This document shows, one piece after another, positions 1-11,600 of a stretch of 64,000 bases of DNA. The first letter of the stretch is position 1; each line of letters begins with the position of its first letter. Source of the DNA: Candidatus Hermodarchaeota archaeon (lineage in GTDB: Archaea > Asgardarchaeota > Hermodarchaeia > Hermodarchaeales > Hermodarchaeaceae); contig JAEOTB010000054.1 of assembly GCA_016840065.1 (NCBI GenBank), positions 1-64,000 on the forward strand, given 5' to 3'. The position numbers and the translations under genes were made by a program. The notes under the pieces were generated by a model, which had not been told where the DNA came from, ran no database searches, and saw only the letters and a list, made by a program, of their open reading frames with translations.

Positions 1-141
1 ACAGGCGGTGACTCCCTAATCAATATAGTTGCAGGATATGAGGGAATCATCTGCGGCTTCAGTGCCATCTACTTGGCTATGGCTGAGGTCTTGAACGAGA
101 CCTACGGAAAGGACGTCATGCCCATCGGACGCGTCAACTAG
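1..141 (+). CDS. satP: Acetate/succinate uptake transporter (GPR1/FUN34/YaaH, SatP family), 3' end only; runs in from the window edge
   Basis: Not in the ORF track. Frame 1 reads ...[38 protein letters not shown], matching the SatP/YaaH C-terminal helix (AGWIGLICGASAIYLAMGEVLNEQFGRTVLPIG). Confidence 0.85.
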   Translation, partial: TGGDSLINIVAGYEGIICGFSAIYLAMAEVLNETYGKDVMPIGRVN

Positions 142-180
142 GATATAGTTGTGAGAAATGGACTGGGAGTTAATCCGGTC

Positions 181-197
181 CTCCTCTCTCTTTTTTT
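181..197 (+). terminator. Pyrimidine/oligo-T terminator between convergent satP and fprA
   Basis: CTCCTCTCTC followed by T7, 40 nt after the satP stop; archaeal-type oligo-T signal. Confidence 0.5.
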
Positions 198-206
198 GGA
201 ATCCGA

Positions 207-1394
207 TTAGAAGGCTGCTTTGACCTTTTGTCCGAGTTTCTTTCCTAGTTCGAAGCAGCGTTTGAGGTCTTCTTCTGTTGGTCGCCACTTAACATCTAGG
301 GGGTCGAGTACTTCGCCGAATTTCATTGCGGTGAGTTGTTTGGTTATGTCGCTTGTTGCGCCGCCTCCCCAGCCATACGAGCCAAAGGCTACACCAATCT
401 TGTCTGTTGGGCGTAGGTGCTTGATGTATGGCATGAAGGCTTGGGTGGGATAGTATGGATCTACGTTGTAGGTCATTGCCCCTACTGCGATGGCTTTTGC
501 TTCCATCGCTGCGCCTTGTATCCGGCTGTGGGGGTCTCGTTCGAGGTCGAAGATTTCGCAGGGAACGCCTGTGCTGGCTACGCCTTCTCGGATTGCGTGA
601 GCCATCTTTCTTGTGGAACCCCACACAGTTGAGTAAACAACCAAGGCTTGTGGCTTCTCGGGGCTGCTAGACCAGCGTTTGTAGATTTCGACGATTTTCC
701 CGAGGTCCTTGCGCCAGATGAGCCCGTGGGAGGGGGCGATAATCTTGATGGGTACGTCCTTTGTCTTTTCCAGTGCTTTGAGAACTGGGCGGGCGTTCCA
801 GCGTACGATGTAGCTGTAGTAGGAACGGAGCGGCTCATACCATTCCTCAACCTGGTCAGCGAAGCGCTGGGAGGAAGCTATCTGCATCCCAAAGGCGTCA
901 TTACTGAAGAGGAGCTGTTCCTCTACGAGATAGCTTACCATGGTCTCTGGCCAATGAACCATCGGTACTGCTACAAACTGTAGCGTCCGCTTACCAAGGC
1001 TAAGTGTTCCTCCATCCTCTACAATCTTGTAGGGGAAATCTATACCAGGATAGTGAGCGCTGAGATATTCTGCACCCCGTTTAGAGGTTACAATCTTTGC
1101 TTTGGGCGCAACTTCAATCAAACGAGCATAAGAGGCAGAGTGGTCCGGCTCAACATGTTGACAAATAATATAGTCGATTTTTGCCGGATCTATAATGGTT
1201 CGAATTCTGTCCAACAATTCATCAGTGAAGTTTGGTGCTACCGTGTCGATGAGTGTAATCTTCTCGTCAATAATCAAATAAGCATTGTAGGTGCCGCCAC
1301 GAGGTGTCCAGAGTCCGTGGAAGTCTCTGAGCATCCAGTCTATTGCACCAACCCAATATACACCTTTAACAAGTTCAACTTTTTCTGTGGGCAT
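207..1394 (-). CDS. fprA: Flavodiiron protein (FprA/A-type flavoprotein; O2/NO reductase)
   Basis: Metallo-beta-lactamase diiron motifs HVEPDHS, HWPE, SNDAFG, PSHG; C-terminal flavodoxin domain (YSTVWGST, AFGSYGWGGGA). Confidence 0.93.
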   Translation of the reverse strand: MPTEKVELVKGVYWVGAIDWMLRDFHGLWTPRGGTYNAYLIIDEKITLIDTVAPNFTDELLDRIRTIIDPAKIDYIICQHVEPDHSASYARLIEVAPKAKIVTSKRGAEYLSAHYPGIDFPYKIVEDGGTLSLGKRTLQFVAVPMVHWPETMVSYLVEEQLLFSNDAFGMQIASSQRFADQVEEWYEPLRSYYSYIVRWNARPVLKALEKTKDVPIKIIAPSHGLIWRKDLGKIVEIYKRWSSSPEKPQALVVYSTVWGSTRKMAHAIREGVASTGVPCEIFDLERDPHSRIQGAAMEAKAIAVGAMTYNVDPYYPTQAFMPYIKHLRPTDKIGVAFGSYGWGGGATSDITKQLTAMKFGEVLDPLDVKWRPTEEDLKRCFELGKKLGQKVKAAF

Positions 1395-1501
1395 TCAGTG
1401 AACCCTCCATGAAACTTGGGGATTTACAGCACATAATTGAATGTTCTATATTTATTACTATTCATCTTACATACTGCAAAGATGTTTAGGAGTTTTTGTT
1501 T

Positions 1502-2608
1502 ATGTCAAAGCAGCCTCTGATGATGGTGCCAGGCCCGGTGTGCTGTAGTTCGAGTGTGCTTCAGGCACTGGCAAATCAACCCTTGCATCCTATGGACCCA
1601 CAATATGTTGAGGTGTTCCAGCGCGTGTTCAAGGGTATGCGCAAGGTCTTTGGTGCACCCAATGGACAGCCGGTGTTACTCAACGGGGGAGGGTTACTTG
1701 CCCTCGAGTCGGCCTGTGCTAGCCTGCTTGAACCCAATGACGAAGTGTTGGTTGTTGATAACGGGTTTTTCGGCAAGATGTTCACACAAATCATCAAATG
1801 TCATGTAAGACATGTAACAGTCCTTACTGCCCCTCTAGGTGAACGGGTCACAACAGAGAAGGTCGAAGAAAAACTAGGAAAGGGAAGGTTCCGGGTACTC
1901 GCCTTTAGCCACGTCGAAACCAGCAGCAGTGTCAAGGCACAAATCAAAGAGCTGGCAGCAACGGCACAAGCTCACGGAGCTTTAACAATAGTAGACGGCG
2001 TTTCTGCTGTCGGTGGTGAAACCGTAGAACAGGAGGCGTGGGGAGTGGACTTGTACTGTGCTAGCACCCAGAAAGCATTAGCTGCACCCCCAGGGCTTAC
2101 CTTACTCATGTTGGGTCCCCAAGCCCTAGAGGCACTTGAGAACCGGAAAACACCAGTAAATGGCTTCTATCTTGATTTACGAAAATGGGTCGACTCGATG
2201 CGGTCTTATGAGGAAGGTGGTCCTCCAAGGCTGGTGTCCACCCCATCAACGAATCTCGTGATGGCACTGGCTACTGCTCTAAACGATATCACAACAGAAG
2301 GAATATCAAATAGGGTTCAGCGTCACCGGAAAATCGCTGAAGCAATGCGTAGTGGTCTTGTGGCTCACGGTCTTGCTCTTGTGCCAAAGCATTCTAGCTT
2401 CTTCGCAAACACCGTGACTGCGGCATACGCGCCTGAAAGAACGCAAGCTACTCACCTTGTCAAGCAGATAGCTCAGCAGGGTGTGTTGATTGCTCCGGGA
2501 ATCGGGGAATACAGGAATCAACTCGTAAGAATTGGTCACATGGGCGGCGTGACGATGGAGGATGTGAAGACCACCCTCAGCGCAGTTGGTCAAGCCATCA
2601 ATCGCTAG
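1502..2608 (+). CDS. Class V PLP-dependent aminotransferase (alanine-glyoxylate/serine-pyruvate family)
   Basis: N-terminal MVPGP, HVETSS, VDGVS, PLP-lysine motif STQKALAAPPG, C-terminal RIGHMG; ATG at 1502 preceded by AGGAG. Confidence 0.9.
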   Translation: MSKQPLMMVPGPVCCSSSVLQALANQPLHPMDPQYVEVFQRVFKGMRKVFGAPNGQPVLLNGGGLLALESACASLLEPNDEVLVVDNGFFGKMFTQIIKCHVRHVTVLTAPLGERVTTEKVEEKLGKGRFRVLAFSHVETSSSVKAQIKELAATAQAHGALTIVDGVSAVGGETVEQEAWGVDLYCASTQKALAAPPGLTLLMLGPQALEALENRKTPVNGFYLDLRKWVDSMRSYEEGGPPRLVSTPSTNLVMALATALNDITTEGISNRVQRHRKIAEAMRSGLVAHGLALVPKHSSFFANTVTAAYAPERTQATHLVKQIAQQGVLIAPGIGEYRNQLVRIGHMGGVTMEDVKTTLSAVGQAINR

Positions 2609-2613
2609 TCATT

Positions 2614-5600
2614 CTATCCTCCGAATGCTGCTCGGAGCGATTGGTAGACTGCATCTCTTTCTTCCTTTGACATGGCCTTGAGCCGTTCAATGAGATCCGC
2701 TTTCTCTTCTTCTTGGAGTCCGGGGATTTTGTCAAGTTCCTGACGAATTGCCACTTCCAGGCTTGGCACCTCAGGCTCAGGGGGCTCTATCGGTGGTTCT
2801 AGGGGTTCCACTTCTTCGATATCTATTGGCTCGGGGGGTTCTAAGGGCACATCGGTGTCTGGTTCTGTAGTGGGTGTTGGTTCAGTAGGTACTGGTTCTG
2901 CTGGCTCTAGTGGTGTAACAGGTTCTGCGGGTTCTATTGGTGTTTCGACTTCAGGTTCTAGTGGTGTGATCGGCTCAGAGGGCTCAACCGGCACGGATGG
3001 TTCAACAGGCTCTGGTATAGGCTCTGGCTCATCAGGTTCAACGAATTCTGTAGATTCAGTTACTTCCGGCTCTGTTTCAGGTTCATCCTCAGGCTCAGGT
3101 TGCTCCTCCACAACTTCAGGCTCAGGTTCAGGCTCTTCATCCTCAATTGGTGGAGGTGGCTCGTCTGGTATCGACGGTTCCTCGATTGGCTCAGTTGGTT
3201 CAACTGGCTCAGGTTGCTGTTCAGGTTCTGATGGAGTATCTGTGCGGCGTGTGAGGGGATCCATCCTACGCTCGCTCATCTGGCGGCGCAAATCGTCGAG
3301 GAACCATACCCTGTCTGTCCGGGGTATCTTCATCATTTGTCTTGCCAGTTCAGATCTTTCAGCTGGGCTAAGACCAGAAATCGCTTCAAGTTGGACCAGG
3401 ATGTCTTCTTCAGAGTCACTTACTTCCTCGATGGTTGTTGTGACTGGAACAATGGCGGGTTGTACGGGGATGTCTATCTGGTCGAAGGCTTGGCGAACGC
3501 TCTTGCTCATGATTGCGTCGCGTGTACGGATTCTGTCACGGTCCTTACTGCTAAGCTCAAAGGAGCCTTCTCGGCCAACCTTCCGGGCAAGCCTTCGTAG
3601 GCGGCGAACTTCAGGTGGAACTGAGAGCATCCTCGTCCAGAGTAGCCAGAATAGGACGATGATTATGAGGATGACAGCGAGAGCGATTCCGCCGTTTATC
3701 ATCATGTTCATTAGTGGATTGTGTTCGAAGAAGAAGCCCACTTGGAGTTCAGAAGAGCTATAATCTTGCTTCACTGCTGTGAATGTCACCATACCCTGAC
3801 TTGGTGCAGGTCCAAAGACGGATACGATATAGTAGCCTGGACGTCCCGTGTCTTCTACAACTGAAACAGATGTGGAAGACAGACTACCAGAGAAGCTTAT
3901 TTCTATGGTTGCGTTTGTGACGCCGCAGATGTGGTAAGTATCGTTTAGGTAAAATTCGAAACTATAACTCTGACCGACGTAGAACATGTTGTCCGCTGGA
4001 AACAGTCCTAACGACTCGGCTGTCCAGTCTAGTAACACTGGAATGGGTGTAACTGAGAGGCTGCGTGAAAACTCTGCCTGCTGATGGTAGTCAAGGTCGA
4101 AGGTGAATTGGATTTCTGCGTCTTCATAGAAAGTCAATGGGAATTCAACGCGCCAGTATCCTGTCAAGCTGTCGAAGGAGAAGTCTTCATGAGCGGTGGA
4201 ATACTGTGAGGCTCCAAGAGCACCCATAACATCGGTGAGTGTAACATTCGAGTAATCGGCGAACCAGACCACGACGACAAGAGTGTCATGGATTGGAGCG
4301 TCCCAGCTGCTAAGAGTATAATCGATACTCACATTGTATAGGACTCCATCAATCTCTCGAAGTGTGTAGGCACCGATTATTTCATACTGGGTTTCACGAG
4401 GAGTAACAGTCAAGGATATGATTTCCTCATCATAGGCGTACCTTTGTTGGGTTTCATGAGTGATTACGAGCTGGTAGGTCTTGGGGATGTCGGAGGTCAC
4501 AAGCACTGTCGTGTAGTACCCAAGTGTTCCATTGGAGGTGAGGGAGCCTGAATGGGTTCCCCAAGTAAAGGCTAGCGTGCTACCGTCAATGCCTAGAGAT
4601 GTTTGAGAGTCTCCCAGGAATACGGTTAACTCGACTGAATCACCATACTGGCTGGTAATGGTCGATGATTCTACGGTAATTTCACAAGGTTTGTAATCAA
4701 GGGTAATTACAAAGAGGGTTGTCTGAAGCTCATAGTTGGTCGCATAGGCATAGATTAGAATCTGGTAGGGTCGGGCAGCCCACTCGGATTCAGAGGTGTT
4801 TAACCAGCACTCATAGTAGCCACTAGTAGCGTTTAGTAACAGAGTTTCTATTGGAAGTGATCCGTTGTATGCAGTTAGGGTAGCACCAGTAATTGTGCTT
4901 CCTCCTGAAACATTGTAGATCACCCGTAGCTGAATCATGGTGTCAAGGTAGGTGGTTATTGTTGATGTATCACCAGCTGGTATGTCGATTACTGTGCTAA
5001 CAGGATGAATTGTGAGGGTGTAGGTGAGAAGTGGTGTGGTGTAGTTGCTACCCATCGTCACCTGGACCGCGATTACGTAGGTCTGTGCATTCACATCGCT
5101 TGTGTTCAGTAAGACATAGTAGAAGCCGCCACTCAGCTCAACAAGCCAATCTGATGGTAGGCTCGCCCAGGTGAAGTTCACCTGCCCACTAGTTATCGGG
5201 AGACCTGTGTGATTACTTGAAAGGTAGACTGTGATATTGAATTGGTCAAGGTAGTAGCATTCTGAGGTAAGACCTGATGGATCGACACGGTCAATTTGGA
5301 GTATGTGGGGCCTTATCTGTAGGTCGATTCGGCGCTCTTGGCTAAGATAGTTAGACTTGTTAGCCATCAATGTGATGCTCCATTCCATCGCGGAGAGAAG
5401 AGAGGTGTCAATGGTGATGTTCCAGCTACCGTCGAGGTTCAGAGTTGCAGTGAAGGAGAGGGCTGGATCCAAGGACCAGAGACCTGAATCAGTCTGGTTG
5501 ACCCCAGTATAGAGGTCATAGTACCAGGCAGTGATGTTCAGCTTCATGCCATAGTAGACGATTTCATGTTGTACCCAGTCGAGTAAGGTAGTAACTTCTG

Positions 5601-8600
5601 TGATGCGAGCTGAAACCTGGTGAGTGGCTGAAGAGTAGTAAGGTGGTACTGGCGGCGAGGAAGGCCAGGTCATATTGATTTGGAATACATAGGTGCCTAC
5701 ATCCAGATCCATGTAGCCGTGAATGGTGACCACATAGACTCCGCTCAGGTGAGAGGAGTTGTCCAGTGACCAGAAGGTGGAATTGAACCCCGGTATATCA
5801 GCACAGCCTATCTCGAAACCGACCAAGAGGGAGGAGTTGTCAATGGGGTTGCCCCCGTCAGTCTCAAAGTGAAGTGTGATATTGATGTCAGACTGGTAAG
5901 AAACCGCACTTGGTGCATCAGAATAGAGAACCGTCGCTGTCCCTGTGACGCGGCAGGAGAAGACACTGGTTGCGTTTGCATAGAATGGAGCGTTTCCACC
6001 GACCCACGATACGTTGACCTGGAAGTCGAGGAATTCATAGATAGCTCCAAGCTGACTTGCATTAATGCGAATCTGGAACTCGTAAGTAGGATTAGTGGTT
6101 GCGTTCTCCACTACATATTCGGTCAGTAGTTCTGCACCAGTTGTGGCATTGCATACAATTATGCTGACATAGCCGCCCCTGGTGATGTTATCGTTGTTCC
6201 AACCACTAATCGAATCCCTGTAGTTAAGGTACACCACGATGTCATCGGCATATCCTGTATCAGTTGGGTAGGTTTGGACAACCGTGGTGGGGCGCTCCTC
6301 TGAAATCAAGTAGGCTTCAACCCACTGCTCCTCGTAATTGGGAGTAGCGGCATCCCACTCAGCGGAGATGTTGACCCACCACCTACCAGGGTAGGGTGTG
6401 AGGCTAGAGTTGAGAGTGATTTCATAGACGCCGTTGCCCAGATGGTTCACCGAGTAGTTACTGGGTGTCAGCGTCCAGCCAAGGCTGCCGTTCGTTGTGA
6501 CATATATGTGGTCCACGTTTGGAATACCATCCAGGTTCTGGGTGCTATCATCATCAAGAACCTTGTATATGACCTGGAAGACAAAGTTCTCCTCAAAGGC
6601 CACTTCATCAACTGGGGGACGCTCTAGCTCTGTGTAGACTGTTCGTACATGGAAAGTAATCTCAGAAATTGAGGCATTATCGTACTGGCTGCTGGGAGCG
6701 ATGGCATCAACCTGAATCTTGTAGCTGCCGATGTCCAGAGATGCATTGATAGTTATGAGATAGTAGGTGCCATAATCCGCCACTGTATAGTTGACATCGA
6801 GGACAAGGACAAGACCATCGAGTCCAGTTACATTCAAGGTGGCACTAGGAATGAAGTCTCCGTTGAACTGGCTTTCACCATCCAACACAAGGTAGTAGAG
6901 AGTGATATTCACATCGTCACCATAAGGCGTGCTGGAAACCTGGTTGTAAATCATGGTGGTAATCAGCGGACGAACCGTCATCACCAGACCCACAATCTGG
7001 CCATCCTCATAGTAGGCATGGGGGCTTGCCATGCTAATGGTGAAGGAGTGTTCGCCAACACTGCTCAACATCGTGGTAGTGAAGGTGATGGTATAGTTAC
7101 CGTCACCGTGATCGGTAACGAAGAAATCGGTTCCTAAGCTCCAGCCAGAAATCGATATTACTCCATTAGCGATGACTTGAGTGTCATTCGCGCTCACCGA
7201 ATCATCAACTTGGTACTGCACCACCAAGGTACCGTTCTCACCCCAAGGCACCGAGGAGGGTGGCGTGTAGAGGAAGGATATCGCGAGGGTGCGTATTGTA
7301 ACCTTGGTATTCACAACTCCGTCATTATACTCCAGGGTCGTTTCGATTGTAATCTGTACTGAGTGCTGTCCAAGGGACCAGGAGGAAGACTGGAGATAAA
7401 CCAGGTACTCGCCCTCAGATACATTGTACACGTAGGTGCCCCAGTGAGTCGTGTTATAGATTACACTGCTATAGCCTGAGCAGCTGATGGTAAGCTGGAC
7501 GACAGAACCGTTAAGGGCTTCACCCGTATCACTGTCGTTCACCCGGAGTGTAAACCAGGTATTGTTCTGATACGGAATGGAAGAAATCGGGTCAATGATA
7601 CCAACAATACTATGCTTACGGATGGTGACCGTAACCAAGCCCCAGCCAATATCAAAGAGGGTTAGATCATTGGGGAAGACAGTAACATTCAAGGTATGCA
7701 CAGTTAGCGTCCAGCCCTCCGCAGAGAGAAGGAAGGAAACCGAATAGTTAATCGCTGGCAGATTGGGATAGGAGGCTTCACTACCCGTAGTGTTGATGTA
7801 GTTAAGGTAGAGCGAAGCATTGATGACACCACCAACATCAGCGTCCTCCCACGAAACAGTAATGTTCACAGTCCCATCAGCTGGAACTGGGCTAGGAGGC
7901 GTGACTACCACGTTCACACGGTGCCCACGGATGACAACCGTCACACTACCACTAGCATCGCTGTAGTTGCGCGGGCCAGTGGTCGCATAAACACTAATGC
8001 TAAGGCTGTAGCCAGCATTCACCGACCAACCATCAGTATCCAAAGAGAAGGAGAAGACCCCAGTAAAGACCTGATCGCCGCCAACTGGACACCCAGAGAC
8101 AGTCACGTTAACCAAGTTGCTCGCGTCTAGGATACTGCCAGTGTCAAGGTCCAGCCACAAAAGCACTATTGACGTATTCTGACCCCACGGAGTAGGTTCA
8201 GGAGTCTGAATAGAAACCGACGTATAATGCAGACGAATCACAACAGTAACCGTCGAGCTGCTATTCTGATAGAAACCCAAGCTAGCATTCGCAACCACCA
8301 TGATGGTCAAGCTGTAGGAGCCCACCGACCACGAATCAGTGTCAAGCGTGAAACTCAGACTAGCAAAGGACTGATCACCGCCCACTGGACAGTTCGAGAC
8401 AATCACCAAGGAAAGGTTGCCACTCGGCACATCTGAGCTACCCAAGTCCAGGTCCAACCAGTCAACGGACATGCTGGTATTGAAGTCAAAGGGAGTCTGC
8501 TCGGGCGGCGAAGCGACGGTTTGAGTCTGGTGAGCCCGGATGGTCACAGTCACCGAGCCCGTTCCCGTATCATAGGAGGAGTTCCCATAGACCGTTACTG

Positions 8601-11600
8601 TCAAATCAAACGAGCCGACACTCCAATTAGCGGTCTCCAAGGAGAAGCTCAAGCTACCCGTGAACACTTGGTTCCCCCCTGTCGGACAGTCAGAGATAGT
8701 AATGTTAACCAAAGCCGAGACTGGGATGGCTTCACCAGTGTCGATGTCAATCCAGTACACCACTAAGCTGGTATTTACACCCCAAGCAGTCTGGGATGGA
8801 GGATCAAGAGTGACACTGACATAGTGTACCCGGATAGTGATGGTAACTGTATAGCTGTCGATGTCATAGAGTTGTGGTGACATGTCTGGGAAGACCGTGA
8901 CAACAACCTGGTACGCCCCAACGCTCCAAGCCTCAGTATCCAGGGTGAAGCTGAGGACGCCAGCAAAGGTCTGATTACCCCCAACAGGACAGTTCGAGAC
9001 GGTCACGTTATCAACATTGAGGGCAGCGATAGTAGTGCCTGTATCAAGGTCGTTCCAGGTAACTGTTATCGATGTGTTCTGACCTCGACCTGTCGCTGGA
9101 GGAGTGGCTGCTACTACCTCAACGCGGTGGACGCGAATCACCACAGTGACACTACCGCTGGCATCGGTGTAGTTCCGAGGGCCAGTCAGAGCATACACAT
9201 CCACGGTCAGAGTGTAGCCAGCACTAATGGACCAAGAATCAGTATCAAGAACTGGAGACAAGGTGCCAGAGAATGACTGATCGCCCCCAACAGGACAACC
9301 AGAGATCGTCACATTGTCAAGGCTAGAGGTACCAAGAATCGCACCAGTATCCAAGTCCATCCAGGTAATTACTAGTGTAGTGTTAAAGCCCCACGGAGTC
9401 GAATCAGGGGTCTGAACAACAATCGCAGTGTAATGTACCCGAATCACAACAGTGACTGTAGAGCTGCTGTTCTGGTAAAAGCCCAAGGTACCGTTGGCAT
9501 AGATGGTCACTGTTAGCAGGTATGTTCCCACGGTCCAATTATCCGTGATTAAAGTGAAGCTTAGACTGTTGAAGGACTGGTCGCCACCAGTTGGGCAACT
9601 CGACACTACGACCAAGGATAGGTTACCGCTGGGCACATCACTGCTACCCGAATCCAGATCCGTCCACTGAATAGAAAGGCTGGTATTAAAGTCGAAGGGA
9701 GTCTGCTCAGGTGGCGAGGTAATGGTTTGGGTCTGGTGGGCCCGGATAGTCACTGTGACAGAACCCGAACCAGTGTCATAGGAGGAGTTCCCGTAGACAG
9801 TAACTGTAAGGCCAAAGGAGCCCACACTCCAGTTCTGTGTAAAGAGTGCAAAGCTCAAGCTACCAGTAAAGGTCTGGTTACCGCCCGTTGGGCAACCAGA
9901 GATAGTAATATTATCAAGGGCCGAGACAGGGATAGCCTCACCAGTGTCCACATCAACCCAGTAAACAACGAGACTCGTGTTTGAGCCCCATGGTGTCTGG
10001 GCTGGAGGATCAAGGGTGACGCTCGTATAATGAACTCGTATTGTGACTGTTACTGTGTAGCTGTCAATGTCATAAAGCTGGGGTGACATGTCAGGGAAGA
10101 CTGTCACAACGACTTGGTAGTCTCCCACACTCCATGCTTCGGTATCCAGGGTGAAGCTAAGGACACCAGCGAAAGTCTGATTACCCCCGACCGGGCAATT
10201 CGAAACCGTCGCATTATCCACATTAACACTTGCGATAGTGGTGCCTGTGTCTAAGTCATTCCAGGTCACAGTGATGGAGGTGTTTTGGCCCCGACCTGTA
10301 GGTGAGGGTGTAGCAACGATTACCTCAGTCCGGTGGATTCGTATTACCACAGTAAGACTACCGCTTGAATCATCATAGTATCGAGGACCAGTAGTGGCAT
10401 AGGCCGTCACGGTTAAGCTGTAGCCTACGCTGATAGACCAGGAGTCAGTATCTAAGGTCGGTGTGAAGGACCCGGTGAAGGTCTGATCGCCGCCTACAGG
10501 GCAACCTGAAACAGTGATGTTCTGAAGATTACTGGTGTCCAAGATGGTGCTGGTGTCGAGGTCAATCCACTGAATGCTAAGCGATGTATTGAAGCCCCAT
10601 GGAGTCGGGTTAGGTGTCTGAACGACAACCGCAGTAAAGTGAATCCTGATAATCACAGTGACTGTACTGCTACTATTCAGGTAGAATCCAAGACTGGCAC
10701 TGGCATTAACCGAAACCGTCAGAACATATGTACCAGTTACCCAGCTATCCGTGTCCAAATCGAAGCTGAGACTGGAGAATGATTGATCACCACCAACAGG
10801 ACAACCTGAGACAACAACAGAGCTCAGGTTCCCACCAGGAACATCAGAGCTACCCAGGTCCAAATCCAACCAGTCAACCGACATGCTAGTATTGAAGTCA
10901 AAGGGAGTCTGCTGCGGCGGTGAAACAACTGTCTGGGTTTGGTGGGCACGGATAGTCACTGTGACGGTGCCGCTGTCGTCACTGTATGAGGTGTTGCCAT
11001 AGACCCAGACTGTGAGGGAGTATCCGCCGACACCCCAATCCTCCGTGTCAAGCTCGAAGCTCAGACTACTAGTAAATACCTGGTCGCCGCCCACTGGGCA
11101 TCCGGTGACGGTGATGTTGTCCAGGGCGTCAACCGGGATAGAGGTGCTTGTGTCGGTGTCTACCCAATTGACCTCCAAGCTAGTATTGGTGCCCCACGGG
11201 CTCTGGTCTGGAGGATTAACTGTTGCGCTCACGTAATGATTACGGATAGTGATTGTAACCTGATAGGAGTCAACCTCGTACAACTGAGGTGACATGACAG
11301 GATAGATAGTCACCGTGACGAGATGGCTACCCACACCCCAATCATCAGTGACCAGGATGAAGGAGAGGCTACCAGTGAAGGACTGATTACCACCCACTGG
11401 GCAATCCGACACGGTAACATTGTCCAAGTTGACGACATTGATTGTGGTGCCCGTGTCAAGATCATTCCAGGTCAACGTGACAGAGGTATTTAGACCCCAA
11501 CCAGTCGGAGCAGGAGTAGAAACGATGACCTCAACCCGGTGAATCTCGATGACAACAGTCACGCTACCCGAAGCATCACTGTAATTTCTAGGACCAGTCG

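Noticed and set aside
1463-1484. CATCTT-N10-AAGATG inverted repeat in the fprA/aminotransferase divergent promoter
   Set aside because: A single 6-bp arm pair with no second copy seen; compatible with chance.
2855-3763. 302-aa Ser/Gly-rich + strand ORF
   Set aside because: Antisense shadow of the Pro/Glu-rich tail of the giant gene (CCN/GAR codons read as Gly/Ser on the other strand).
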